In this document: piece by piece, positions 48,952 to 61,029 of the stretch
Layout of the letters: the number at the start of each line of letters is the position of its first letter
Position numbering within the stretch: position 1 is the stretch's first letter
NCBI GenBank assembly: GCA_963716725.1
Contig: CAVQUB010000005.1
Location: 352,001-416,000, forward strand
Reading direction: 5' to 3'
Source: an uncultured delta proteobacterium
GTDB taxonomy: Bacteria > Myxococcota_A > Polyangia > Polyangiales > Polyangiaceae
DNA length: 64,000 nt
Program-made: the position numbers and the translations under genes
The notes under the pieces: model-generated
The model's database searches: none
Seen by the model: only the letters and a program-made list of their open reading frames with translations
What the model was told of the DNA's origin: nothing

Positions 48952-50610
48952 ATGAGTGACGGCATCGACAGACGAGCGCCCGGCGCCCCAGCCCAGGCGG
49001 CCCCCGCTGCCCCGGCCAGCGAGCAGGCGCCGCTCAAGTTGGTCACGGTGGTCACTTCTTCGATCGTGGACTTCGAGTCCGAGACCAGTCAGGTCACGCG
49101 AGTTCCGACGGAAAAGGAGCGGTCGGATCCGTACATCGGCACCACCATCGATGGACGCTACCGCGTCGAGCGCATCATCGGCGAAGGCGGGATGGGCGTC
49201 GTCTACCGCTGCATTCACACGATCATCGGCAAGAAGGTCGCGATGAAAGTGCTGCGGGCAGACCTGGCTCGCGACAAAGAAGTGACCGAGCGTTTCTTGA
49301 ACGAAGCGCGGGCCGCCTCGGCTATCGGCAACGAGCACATCATCGACATCAGCGACTTCGGTCTCTTGCCCGACGGCTCCACCTACTTCGTGATGGAGTT
49401 CCTCGAAGGAGACCCGCTCACGAGCATCGTCGGGGGCGGCTCGCCGGTCCCGGTGAAGCGCCTGGTCGGTATCGCCCGCCAGCTCGCCGAGGGCCTGGCG
49501 GCCGCTCATGCTGCGGGCATCGTTCATCGCGACCTGAAGCCCGACAACATCCACCTGATCAACCGCGGTGGCGAAAAAGACTTCGTCAAGATCCTGGACT
49601 TCGGCATCGCCAAGGTGACGACCAGCGCCGAGGGTCGCCTGACCCGCGCCGGCGCGGTCTTCGGCACCCCGCACTACATGGCGCCCGAACAGGCCGCCGG
49701 CGCTCCCGTCGACCACCGCGGCGACATCTACTCATTCGGCGTGATTCTCTACGAGCTCGCCAGCGGCAAAGTGCCCTTCGACGCCGACAACTTCATGGGG
49801 ATCCTCACCCAGCACATGTACAAAGCGCCGGTCCCCATCCGCGCGCTCGTGCCTCAGCCTCAAGAGGTTCCGCCGGGGCTCGAGGCCATCGTGCTCAAAT
49901 GCCTCTCGAAGCGCCCCGAACAGCGCTATCAGTCGATGGCGGAGATCACCGAAGATCTCGACAAACTGACGGCGGGTGGGATCCCCGCGGCGGTCCCCGA
50001 GATGATGAACCGCTCCGGCGGGTTCAACGTCCCGGCGGACTACTTCAAGACCGGTGCCGCGGCGGGCATGCCCGCGCCGATCCCGGCGTCTCCGCCCGAG
50101 CTCGGCTTCACTCGCTCCAAGTGGCCCCTCTACGCTGGCGTCGCCGGCGTGCTCACCGCGGTCGGCATCGTCGTGGGCATCTTCGCTTTTGGCTCGGACA
50201 GCACCGCTCAGCCCGACGCCACCGTGACCGCGGCGCCTGTGTCTCCGCCTCCGCCGCTGCCTCCCGAGCCCCCGGCCAAACCCGCCAAGCCGTCGACCAC
50301 GCAGGTCGTGATCGCCATCGAACCCATCGACGCGGAGGTGTTCGTGGGCGACAAGAACCTGGGGTCGAGCCCCGTGCTCCTCGAGCTCGCCGAGGGAGAG
50401 AAGAAGCAGGTCGAGATCAAGCGCGCCGGTTTCAAACCCAAGTCGCTCACGGTCGACGCGTCGGAGCCCAAGCTGTCCGTCAAGCTCGCGCGCGTCCCCG
50501 GCGCTCGTTACATCCCGCCGGTCAAGAAGCCGGAAGAAAAGAAGCCGGGCGGCAAGCCCGGAGGCAAGCCCGGCGGCGGGGATCCGGCCATCGTCAATCC
50601 GTGGAAGTGA
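48952..50610 (+). CDS. Transmembrane Ser/Thr protein kinase with PEGA-like domain
   Basis: GEGGMG, VAMK, HRDLKPDN, DFGIAK, GTPHYMAPE, TM helix. Confidence 0.95.
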   Translation: MSDGIDRRAPGAPAQAAPAAPASEQAPLKLVTVVTSSIVDFESETSQVTRVPTEKERSDPYIGTTIDGRYRVERIIGEGGMGVVYRCIHTIIGKKVAMKVLRADLARDKEVTERFLNEARAASAIGNEHIIDISDFGLLPDGSTYFVMEFLEGDPLTSIVGGGSPVPVKRLVGIARQLAEGLAAAHAAGIVHRDLKPDNIHLINRGGEKDFVKILDFGIAKVTTSAEGRLTRAGAVFGTPHYMAPEQAAGAPVDHRGDIYSFGVILYELASGKVPFDADNFMGILTQHMYKAPVPIRALVPQPQEVPPGLEAIVLKCLSKRPEQRYQSMAEITEDLDKLTAGGIPAAVPEMMNRSGGFNVPADYFKTGAAAGMPAPIPASPPELGFTRSKWPLYAGVAGVLTAVGIVVGIFAFGSDSTAQPDATVTAAPVSPPPPLPPEPPAKPAKPSTTQVVIAIEPIDAEVFVGDKNLGSSPVLLELAEGEKKQVEIKRAGFKPKSLTVDASEPKLSVKLARVPGARYIPPVKKPEEKKPGGKPGGKPGGGDPAIVNPWK

Positions 50611-50635
50611 CCTGCCGCCGTCCCAGAGGTGCCGC

Positions 50636-52039
50636 GTGAGCGCAGTTCCCACACGTGCGCTCGAGCGCTCGCTGCCCCAAGAGCTGCGCGGCCTGTGTCA
50701 GCGACTGCGCGAGGCCGGCTATCGCTCGTGGGTGGTCGGGGGCTGCGTCCGCGACCACGTGCTCGAGGAGCTCCGGGGCGCGAGCTTCGGGGGCGTGCGC
50801 AACGACTGGGACGTCGCCACCAACGCGCTGCCAGAGGCGGTCATGAGCCTGTTTCGCCGTGTCGTGCCCACGGGCATCAAGCACGGCACCGTGACCGTGC
50901 TGCTCGACGGTGTCGGCTACGAAGTGACCACGCTGCGCGGCGAAACGAGCTACTCCGACGGCAGGCGCCCGGACTCGGTGTACTTCGTCGACGACATCGT
51001 CGCCGATCTCGCGCGGCGCGACTTCACCATCAACGCGATGGCCTTCGACCCGTTGGAGGGCTCGCTGATCGACCCCTTTGACGGCATGGGCGACCTGAAG
51101 ATGGGCATGCTCCGCGCCGTGGGCAATGCGGCGGAGCGCTTTGCCGAGGACGGGCTGCGCGTGCTGCGCGCCGCGCGCTTCGCCGCGACCCTCGAGGTCG
51201 AGATCGAGCCGGCGACCGCTCGCGCCATCGAGCCTTCGCTCGCGAGCTACGCCAAAGTCAGCCCCGAGCGCATCCGAGACGAGTGGATGAAGAGCATGAA
51301 GGCGGCTCGTCCGAGCCGGGCCTTCGAGGTGATGAAGGACCACGGGCTCTTGGCCATCAGCGCTCCGGAGCTCCTCGAATCCGTGGACTGTCAGCAGAAC
51401 CGCCATCACCACTTCGATGTTTGGGGACACAGCATGGCCTGTCTCGATGCGTGCCCAGAGAGCCCCGTGCTGCGAGTCGCGGGTCTGTTGCACGACGTCG
51501 GAAAGCCACGCTCGCGAGCATTCAGCGACAAGACCAACGACTACACTTTCTACGAGCACGAGCGCATCGGCGCCGAAATCGCCGAGCCGCTGCTGGCGCG
51601 CCTGCGCTTCTCCAACGACGAACGTGCCCGGATCGTCGGCCTCGTGCGCCACCACCTGATTTGCTACGAAGACTCGTGGTCCGACGCTGCGGTGCGCCGC
51701 TGGATCAAGCGAGTTTCTCCGGATTTGTTGCTGGAGCTCTACGAGCTCAACCGAGCCGACGTCCTGGGCAAGGGGCGCGACGCGAGCGACGATCTCGACC
51801 GGCTGAGCTCGCTCAAAGCGCGAGTGGCCCGGCTGATGGCCGCCGGCGCGGCAATGTCGCCCAAAGACCTTGCCGTCAATGGCCACGACCTGATGAACGA
51901 GCTGGGCATCAGGGGCGGGCCGGAGCTAGGTCGGGTGCTCGTGACGTTGCTCGACGAGGTGATCGAGACGCCCGAGCTCAACCAACGAGAGACGCTCATC
52001 GAGCGCGCTCGCGAACTCTTGAGCGGTGGTGGAGCGTGA
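50636..52039 (+). CDS. tRNA nucleotidyltransferase/poly(A) polymerase family protein with HD domain
   Basis: VVGGCVRD, DWDVAT, RRDFTINAMA, EDGLRVLRAARF, LLHDVGK. Confidence 0.93.
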   Translation: MSAVPTRALERSLPQELRGLCQRLREAGYRSWVVGGCVRDHVLEELRGASFGGVRNDWDVATNALPEAVMSLFRRVVPTGIKHGTVTVLLDGVGYEVTTLRGETSYSDGRRPDSVYFVDDIVADLARRDFTINAMAFDPLEGSLIDPFDGMGDLKMGMLRAVGNAAERFAEDGLRVLRAARFAATLEVEIEPATARAIEPSLASYAKVSPERIRDEWMKSMKAARPSRAFEVMKDHGLLAISAPELLESVDCQQNRHHHFDVWGHSMACLDACPESPVLRVAGLLHDVGKPRSRAFSDKTNDYTFYEHERIGAEIAEPLLARLRFSNDERARIVGLVRHHLICYEDSWSDAAVRRWIKRVSPDLLLELYELNRADVLGKGRDASDDLDRLSSLKARVARLMAAGAAMSPKDLAVNGHDLMNELGIRGGPELGRVLVTLLDEVIETPELNQRETLIERARELLSGGGA

Positions 52040-52149
52040 TCCGGGCGCGTTGGCTCGCCGTGGCTGCAGGCGAGCAGCTCAGCCACTTCCTCCGGCCCGA
52101 TGCCAAGCTGGAGACGAACTGCAGCGCCGTCTGCGATCCCGAGTGAGCT

Positions 52150-54087
<1,938 letters not shown>

Positions 54088-54201
54088 TGAGGGACCTCGG
54101 GACCAGAAGACGTCTATTGATGATCGGCGCAGGTGGGGCCGACCCCATGGAGCATACGATTATGAACGGCGTCCGTCGATTTGGTGGCCGTCAAAGGCTG
54201 A

Positions 54202-55110
54202 TTAATCACTTTTTCGACGGATGGCAGCCCCTCTCGGTGGCGCCGGATCGACCTGGGCGGTTCCGGTGCTGGGATCGAAGCGGACCGAGCGGCCCCCTGG
54301 CAGCCAGATTTCCGCTTTTGGGTCGCGACTTCCGAGCAGGCCGACGAGGGCCCGAGCGTGGGCCCGGCCGAGCGTGATCGCTGCCCCGTCGGCGCCCTGC
54401 AGGGTCGGCGCTCCCGGGTCGGAGAGCTGATCGGCGAGCGCGTTGAGGTGATCGACGATTCGGGGCGAGATCGACTCGAGCAGCGGGAGGAGCTCCTGCC
54501 GCACCCGCGTGCGCAAGAAGCGTGGGCTCGTATTGGTCGGATCCGTCGCGAATCCGAGGCCGTGGCGGCGGAGGTGGGCCTGCACATCCGTTCTTCGTGC
54601 GCGGATCATCGGGCGAAGGAGCGAGTCGGCGCGTGCCGGCAGGACCGCAAGACCCCGCGGTCCTGCTCCACGACACAAGCGGAGCAGGACCGTCTCGGCC
54701 CGGTCGTCCGCGTGGTGCGCCGTCGCCACGAAGGTGGCCCCGAACGCAGCAGCGGCCCGGGCCAGCTCTCCATAGCGCGCGGTCCGCGCCCGCTGCATCA
54801 GGTTGCCGCCGGGAGCGAGGCCGATGCGCGACCTCCCGAAGGGGATCGCCTCGCGGCGCGCCAGCTCCTCGCACAGGTCGAGCTCCGCCGGGGCTTCGGC
54901 CCTGAGGCCGTGATCGACGCCGTGAGCAAAGAGCGCGAAGCCCAGGCGCGGGGCCAGTCGGGCCAACACGTGGAGCAATGCCTGGGAATCGCCGCCGCCG
55001 GAGACGCCGAGGAGAATACCGGCTCCGGTGGGCAGGCGACACTCGGTCTTCAGCGTGCGCTCGACAATCTTGAGCAAGGTCGGCGGATGTGACCGCCGAA
55101 CGCGGGTCAT
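54202..55110 (-). CDS. tilS: tRNA(Ile)-lysidine synthetase (short form)
   Basis: SGGGDS, VDHGLR, ARTARY, TAHHADDRAET, DPTN; upstream of ftsH. Confidence 0.93.
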   Translation of the reverse strand: MTRVRRSHPPTLLKIVERTLKTECRLPTGAGILLGVSGGGDSQALLHVLARLAPRLGFALFAHGVDHGLRAEAPAELDLCEELARREAIPFGRSRIGLAPGGNLMQRARTARYGELARAAAAFGATFVATAHHADDRAETVLLRLCRGAGPRGLAVLPARADSLLRPMIRARRTDVQAHLRRHGLGFATDPTNTSPRFLRTRVRQELLPLLESISPRIVDHLNALADQLSDPGAPTLQGADGAAITLGRAHARALVGLLGSRDPKAEIWLPGGRSVRFDPSTGTAQVDPAPPRGAAIRRKSD

Positions 55111-55301
55111 GCGAGCTCGAAGTCCTTGCAGAACGCCATTTCGCCGACCAGCTCCAAGCGCACGCCGCGGTGGGGTTCTACTGGGTAGCCGTTGCCGCAG
55201 GCAGCGCGATCCTCGGCGAAGTGAGCGCAATCTTCACAGCAGAACTTGAGCGCGAGGTCCTTGGCCTCGCGTCGGAGCTGGTTGCTCACGCGCGTGATCA
55301 C
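55107..55301 (-). CDS. Small Cys-rich protein
   Basis: FCCEDCAHF..C..GYP..FCKDFEL; stop overlaps the tilS ATG. Confidence 0.7.
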   Translation of the reverse strand: MITRVSNQLRREAKDLALKFCCEDCAHFAEDRAACGNGYPVEPHRGVRLELVGEMAFCKDFELA

Positions 55302-55308
55302 GTCCGGC

Positions 55309-56958
55309 CTATTCCGCGCAGCGCAGCAGGGCCCATCCGCCGGTGGGATCCGTCGACTCGAGGGTGGCCTTGGTGATCCAAGTGACGGCGACGCGGTTGC
55401 GGGCCGCCGCCATCGCGATACGGACTCCGTCGAACGTGGTCAGGTTTGCGGGGCCGAAGGAGGCAGGGAAGTCCATCGAGACCGCTGCTTTGTTCGCTAA
55501 CAGCCCGTCGGCTCCATCGACCCGATGCACGGTGATGCCGCCGCTCCGCCCCTGGGCCACCAGCAAGTGATTTCGAAGCACGGCCAAGGCGCCGCCGCTG
55601 ACCGTTCCCGCGCCGATCAGCACCGAGGCCTTTGGGCTGATGGCGCCGCCGGTAAACTCCGCGGGTTGAATCGTCATGCCGACACCTGCCGGGATCGCCG
55701 CGGCGACTCTGTTGTTCCACGCGACCAGCGCCGCCCACGGCGCGGTCTGAGGCAGGGCGAACTCGGCGGAGAGGTCGAGCGTGTCGCTCGAACGGTCGCC
55801 AACTTTGATCACCGTGATGCTCCCGCCCTCGGTCTGTACCGGCGCCAAGAAGGCGCGGAGCTGCGGGCTGGTGGCCACGAGGGAGTAGACTGCGTCTTCG
55901 TCACCGAAGGGCTTGGCGATGGGCACCGTGCCTTTGAACGCTGCGCCCTGGAGCACCACCCGCTCGATCCAGGGTGAGCCCGCTTCATGCTGCACGCGGT
56001 ACACGAGCTCCCAATCGCCGGCGCCGGCGGCGGGAGCGATGGCGCCGCCTTGCGACATCCACAGGTTCTTGAAGGCTTTGTTGCGCGGTCCCGACGCCTG
56101 CTCGATCTGCCCGTTCGACTTGAAGGGGATGAACACGGCGCCCGCGCCTTGCCCGCAGTCGGGCAGGCTCGTGGTCATCATGCCGGAACCGCCCGCGAAG
56201 GCCATGCCGACTCCGTCCTCGGGCAGCTGGTTGGAACAGCCACCGAGGTCGAAGTTCTGGGCCGGAGTCAGCTCCCCATCGTCCTTGAGGAAGGCGGCGA
56301 CCGCACGCAGCGTGTCGCCGCTCTGATCGCGGTAGCCCAGCATGAAGCCGTCGTCCGTGGCGACGATGCTAGGCCCGGACAGCCTCGCCGTGGGCGCAAT
56401 GGGAGTTGGCAACGCGCCTGCTTGCTCGATGACCAGGCTGCAGCCACCGGGGTCCGGCGTCGTCGGCTTCTTGCACGCACCCTCCTCGCAGACGGTGGGC
56501 GGGAAGCAGCCGCCTCCCTTGAGCAGCTGGCAGTTGCATCTCGCCGCTGGCTCGTCGTGGTTCGACCAGTCACAGGCGGCGATCTTCACGCCGCTGATGC
56601 TCTCGAGATCGGCGACGGTGCAGCCGTAGCCGAGCACGGTGCACTCCTTGTCCCGCAAGATGACCGCGAAGCCGAACTTCGACTGGGGCAGGTCTCCCAC
56701 GTCGGGCAGGCCTCCGTCCGCCGCCACGGTCCATGTCTGTTTGGCGCCACGCGTATCACCCGCTGCGAGTTTGTCGTCCCCCGGGCAAGCGTTGGGGAAC
56801 ACGGCAAACTGCACGAAGTCCGCGGCCTCGCGGAACGAGGTCCCGCTCGAGGCGCACGCGTCGAGCAGCTCGATCGTCACCGCGCGCTGCTTTGCGCAGG
56901 ACGAAGAGACCACCAACCCAAGAAAGAGCAAAAGGGCGACCGAGCCCGCTTTTCTCAT
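55309..56958 (-). CDS. Hypothetical Cys-containing lipoprotein
   Basis: SSSC lipobox-like motif; beta-rich body. Confidence 0.75.
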   Translation of the reverse strand: MRKAGSVALLLFLGLVVSSSCAKQRAVTIELLDACASSGTSFREAADFVQFAVFPNACPGDDKLAAGDTRGAKQTWTVAADGGLPDVGDLPQSKFGFAVILRDKECTVLGYGCTVADLESISGVKIAACDWSNHDEPAARCNCQLLKGGGCFPPTVCEEGACKKPTTPDPGGCSLVIEQAGALPTPIAPTARLSGPSIVATDDGFMLGYRDQSGDTLRAVAAFLKDDGELTPAQNFDLGGCSNQLPEDGVGMAFAGGSGMMTTSLPDCGQGAGAVFIPFKSNGQIEQASGPRNKAFKNLWMSQGGAIAPAAGAGDWELVYRVQHEAGSPWIERVVLQGAAFKGTVPIAKPFGDEDAVYSLVATSPQLRAFLAPVQTEGGSITVIKVGDRSSDTLDLSAEFALPQTAPWAALVAWNNRVAAAIPAGVGMTIQPAEFTGGAISPKASVLIGAGTVSGGALAVLRNHLLVAQGRSGGITVHRVDGADGLLANKAAVSMDFPASFGPANLTTFDGVRIAMAAARNRVAVTWITKATLESTDPTGGWALLRCAE

Positions 56959-56961
56959 GAT

Positions 56962-59388
56962 TCATTCCATCGTTACGCGGCGAGCCGTGGTCTGGCCAGA
57001 GACGATCGTCACGCCCAGCGACTTCTTGACCGAACCGTAGCGCAAACCCACCCCGTGGTTGCCCGGGGGCAGCGCCGCTCGGACCACGGGCGACGGCCCG
57101 AGGCTGCGCCCCCCGGCGCTGACCGAGTCGCAGCCGGGCACGCACATGACCGTCAGGTAGCCGGGCTCGCCCTTGCCCGTGGTGGCGACCGGCGGTTTTG
57201 GCGTCGGTGCCGCCGTCGGCGTCCAGGCGGGCTTCGGCGTCGGTCCTGTCGGCGGGGCCGGGGTCGGGGTCGCGACCGGCGCCTCCTTGGGCAAGCTGTC
57301 GGGATTCACAGCCTCGGTCGTGGCGGTGGGCGTCGGCGCCGCGGTCACGACCGGCGCTGCCGTCGGAATGGTCGTTGGCGACGGTGTCGGCGTCGGAGTC
57401 GGGGCGGTGACCGGTGCCGCCGTGGCGGTCTTCTGGTCCTTGGGGCTGTCGGTGATCCGAAGCACCACCAGCGCGGTGAGCGTGAGCGCAATGAGCGTCG
57501 TTGCCGCCGCGATGACCGCGATCAGCACGTTCGACCGCTGCTGCTCCGGATGCTGCAGGCTCGGCGGAGCGGTGGGCAGCGGGTAGGACGCCTCGGGATA
57601 GCCGATGTGTCGAATCGTTCCTGTCGCCGCCGGCATCGCACGCTGCGCCGAGTGATCACCGAGCAGCAAGGTGGGAGCCACGACGATCGCGTCGTCGGGG
57701 CTCGGCGCCGGCTGCCGGCTCTTTGCGGGCTCGTGAACGGTGCTGATGGTGTGGGACTCTTCTTCGATGTCCATCACCGTCGTGACGAGGTCTTCGTCTT
57801 CGGCGGCGTAGTCGTGCATGACGCCCGAGGGCGGCGGCGGCGCGGGTTCGCCCGTGAAGCTCGGCAGCGGCAGCGTATGACCCCGCGGCGGCCCCAGCCC
57901 GAGCATCGTCGGGTTGGGCGGAGGCGGCGCGCCGGCCGCAGGTGGCGGGGCGGCTTGGGGCGAAGATCGGTGCGGCATCACCACGCGAGTCTTCGCGAGC
58001 TCGTCGTCCTCTTCGGGCTCGAGCAGGTCTTCGGTGCCCGTCTGACTCGTGCTCTCGAAAGCGGGCAGCGGCCGCGTCGGCGCGGCGGGAGAGGGCGGAC
58101 CGGGTCGCGGGGCCGGCGCCGGTCGCGGCAGCGGCGCGGTCACCGCGCGTGCGTGGGACGCTGCGGGGGTGGGTCCTCCCGTACGATTGGGCATGCCGGC
58201 TGCCGGCCGCGGGCCGCGCGGCACCTCTTGCACGTCGGACTCGTAGGTGAGCATCGAGGCTTCTTCACCCGTGATGGCACCCGAGCGCTCGAGCGCGCCG
58301 AGCGAAACGGTTTGAGTGACCTCGGCGGCCCACTGCAGGTGCGCCTCGCGTTTCTGGAAGCGCTCCGAGAGCACGTGTTTGACGTAGGCGCCGATCTCTT
58401 CAGGTCCAACGAACGCGCCGGCGCGCATCACGTACTGCTGCAGCGCGCGCGACATGTCGCGGGCGGAGGCAAAGCGCCGATTGGGGTCCTTGGCCAGCGC
58501 GCGCATCACGATCGATTCGAGTTCGACCGGGTAGTTGTCGATGATGCTGGAGGGCGGCGGAACGACGCAGGACTGCACCCGCTCCAGCGTCTCGAGGTCG
58601 CTGTCCATGCGGAATAGACGGCGCCCGGTGGTGAGCTCCCAGAGCACCACGCCCAGCGCAAAAATGTCGGTGCGCCGGTCGATGGAGATGCCGTGGACCT
58701 GCTCCGGGCTCATGTACGCGAGCTTGCCCTTCAGCGTCCCCGCGCGTGTGGTCGACAGCCGACCAGTGACCTTGGCGATGCCGAAGTCCACCACCTTGAC
58801 CGCGCCGTCGTAGGTGAGAAACAGGTTGTGCGGCGTGACGTCGCGATGCACCAGGTTGAGGAGCTTGCCGTCCTTGTCTCGGAGTTCGTGCGCGGCGTGC
58901 AGACCCTCGGCCGCATCTGAGATCACTTTGGCGGCGAGGTGTGCGCCCATGGTGGGCGCGCCGCCTTCCTCGACCGCGCGCATGATCTCGCGCAGCGGTT
59001 CGCCGTGCAGGTACTCCATGGCGATCCAGTAGGTGTCGCCTTGCTTCCCGAGGTCGAACACTTGCGCGACGTTCGGGTGGGAGATGCGCGCCGCGATTCG
59101 CGCCTCGTCCAAGAACATGCGGATGAACTGCTCGTCTTCGGCGAGGTGCCGGTGGATGCGCTTGATCGCGACCCACTTCTGGAATCCGCCCGGACCGTCG
59201 GCGCGCGCCAGGTGCACGGCGGCCATCCCGCCGACGCCGATCTCGTCGACGACTCGATAGCGGCCCAGGAAGTACGTGCCCCCCGAGGGCACGCTCGGTT
59301 CACTGCCCTCGGCCATGCGTCGCTCGCGATCGTCCGGCCCTCCGAGCTTCGGGCGGTGCGGGTTGCCGGGGACCATGTCGTTCGCCAT
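56962..59388 (-). CDS. Transmembrane Ser/Thr protein kinase
   Basis: GVGGMA, VAIK, HRDVTPHN, DFGIAK, KGKLAYMSPE, Pro-rich linker, TM, PEGA-like end. Confidence 0.95.
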   Translation of the reverse strand: MANDMVPGNPHRPKLGGPDDRERRMAEGSEPSVPSGGTYFLGRYRVVDEIGVGGMAAVHLARADGPGGFQKWVAIKRIHRHLAEDEQFIRMFLDEARIAARISHPNVAQVFDLGKQGDTYWIAMEYLHGEPLREIMRAVEEGGAPTMGAHLAAKVISDAAEGLHAAHELRDKDGKLLNLVHRDVTPHNLFLTYDGAVKVVDFGIAKVTGRLSTTRAGTLKGKLAYMSPEQVHGISIDRRTDIFALGVVLWELTTGRRLFRMDSDLETLERVQSCVVPPPSSIIDNYPVELESIVMRALAKDPNRRFASARDMSRALQQYVMRAGAFVGPEEIGAYVKHVLSERFQKREAHLQWAAEVTQTVSLGALERSGAITGEEASMLTYESDVQEVPRGPRPAAGMPNRTGGPTPAASHARAVTAPLPRPAPAPRPGPPSPAAPTRPLPAFESTSQTGTEDLLEPEEDDELAKTRVVMPHRSSPQAAPPPAAGAPPPPNPTMLGLGPPRGHTLPLPSFTGEPAPPPPSGVMHDYAAEDEDLVTTVMDIEEESHTISTVHEPAKSRQPAPSPDDAIVVAPTLLLGDHSAQRAMPAATGTIRHIGYPEASYPLPTAPPSLQHPEQQRSNVLIAVIAAATTLIALTLTALVVLRITDSPKDQKTATAAPVTAPTPTPTPSPTTIPTAAPVVTAAPTPTATTEAVNPDSLPKEAPVATPTPAPPTGPTPKPAWTPTAAPTPKPPVATTGKGEPGYLTVMCVPGCDSVSAGGRSLGPSPVVRAALPPGNHGVGLRYGSVKKSLGVTIVSGQTTARRVTME

Positions 59389-59391
59389 CGC

Positions 59392-60282
59392 CTACTTTTT
59401 CCAGGCGGGCGAGCCCACGCTCACGTCGGCGGGCTTGCGCGTGACGGCGTAGGCGACGATGCCTCCGACGATCAGCGCGCCGCCGATGATCCACGGCAAT
59501 GGGCCGGCGAAGAAACCGCCGCCGCCCTTGTCCTTTTCTGGCGGCTTGGTCGGCTCCGGCATGGGCTCGTCGTCCATCCCGCCTTCGCTCGTGCGGGTGC
59601 CCTCGACTCGGATCTTTCCCTCGGTGATCGTCCAGGCGTTGTTCTGCGCGTCGACCGCCGAGGCCTTCACTTTGAGGCGAGCGCCCGACATGGCGACACG
59701 CTTGGGGAAATCGAAGGTGAGGGAAGGCTCGGAGCTCTTCTTGCGCTTCCACTTCTTGCCGCTCACCGGATCCTCGATGGCGACGATAACCTCGGACACC
59801 AACACCGCGAACCCCGGTGGGATCTCCGTCTCGAGCGTGAAGCCCTGGTTGGCCGGGATGGTGTCGGGTGCCTTCAGCGTGATGCTGAGCTTCTCTCCGC
59901 CCTGTTGCTGGGACTCTTTGCGGGCTTGCTGGAAAAGCTTCTTGGCTTTTGGCCCGCTCTCCGCCGGCAGCTCGAAACGAGGGTCGATGGCGGCGGCGAC
60001 GCGGAACGAACTCAATGCACCGTTGGTGTCGTTGATGGCCGCCTTCACCGTGCCCACACGAGAGTGAGCGAGGACGACGTCGGTGGGATCCAACCCGCCC
60101 GCAGCCAACGCCTTCTCGTAGAGGTCCTTGGCCTTCTCGAGCTCGCCCTGGTGCCACGCCGCGTCGGCTTGACCGAAGGACTTGGGCGCGGCCACGGCTG
60201 TCGTCGCGAACAACGCGATCAGCACCAGCGCCGCGGCAACGACGCGGACTGTCGCGAGCAGGGCTTGTGCTCGGAATACCAT
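59392..60282 (-). CDS. Exported TPR protein with C-terminal TM
   Basis: Signal peptide, TPR-like helices, PWIIGGALIVGG. Confidence 0.7.
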   Translation of the reverse strand: MVFRAQALLATVRVVAAALVLIALFATTAVAAPKSFGQADAAWHQGELEKAKDLYEKALAAGGLDPTDVVLAHSRVGTVKAAINDTNGALSSFRVAAAIDPRFELPAESGPKAKKLFQQARKESQQQGGEKLSITLKAPDTIPANQGFTLETEIPPGFAVLVSEVIVAIEDPVSGKKWKRKKSSEPSLTFDFPKRVAMSGARLKVKASAVDAQNNAWTITEGKIRVEGTRTSEGGMDDEPMPEPTKPPEKDKGGGGFFAGPLPWIIGGALIVGGIVAYAVTRKPADVSVGSPAWKK

Positions 60283-60408
60283 CGAAATCTTCGCTCAGCG
60301 TACTGGGGTGGGAGGGCCGAATCAACCAAGCCACTCGGGCCCGGTCAGTCTAGCACGTGCCGTCCGCCGGGGGCCGTGAGGGTCGATGTGCGACAGTGTG
60401 TGGAGGGC

Positions 60409-61029
60409 TCAGGGAAACGGCTGTGCAGGCTGGCCGCGCTGGAAGAAGAAGCGGAACCAACCGGTGACCAGGCTCGTTCGCTCGGGGTCGATGCTGCCAT
60501 CGGGCAAGATGTGCCGCGGATCGGCGAAGGTCGCAGTGAAGCGCGCTTCGCTAAGTCGGTCGTCGGCGTTGCCTTCGTTGGGGTCGCCGCTGAAGAGGGA
60601 GTCGAAGCTGATCTTTCCGTCGACGGAGTACAGGGTCCCGTTCTGCTCGTGGCACGTGTCGTGGAGGTAGAGCGAGAGGTGGACCCGGGGCGGATCCGGA
60701 TTCAGCGTCACTGGCACTCCTGGCGGGGTCACGCCCGCGGGCATCCCGACGGGCAGGTCGGTGCCCAGCGACTCGTCTCGGATCTTGTCGACATCGTGGA
60801 CCAGAACGATCAAGCCGTCGGACACCTCTTCCAGGTTGTCGCCGCGTTGGATGCGATTCGTGATCGTATTTCGATACGGGTTGGCGCCGAAGAACGTCGG
60901 CCCGAGATCGAAGGGACCGTTCCAGCAGTCTTCAACGTACAGGCGATCGCTCTTCACCTCGCCTTCACCTTCGGCGGTGGAGCAGCCCAGGGCGGCGAGC
61001 GCCATCGCGAGACCGAGCGCACACCTCAT
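60409..61029 (-). CDS. Hypothetical lipoprotein
   Basis: ALGC lipobox; ends FQRGQPAQPFP; coupled to mnmA. Confidence 0.75.
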   Translation of the reverse strand: MRCALGLAMALAALGCSTAEGEGEVKSDRLYVEDCWNGPFDLGPTFFGANPYRNTITNRIQRGDNLEEVSDGLIVLVHDVDKIRDESLGTDLPVGMPAGVTPPGVPVTLNPDPPRVHLSLYLHDTCHEQNGTLYSVDGKISFDSLFSGDPNEGNADDRLSEARFTATFADPRHILPDGSIDPERTSLVTGWFRFFFQRGQPAQPFP

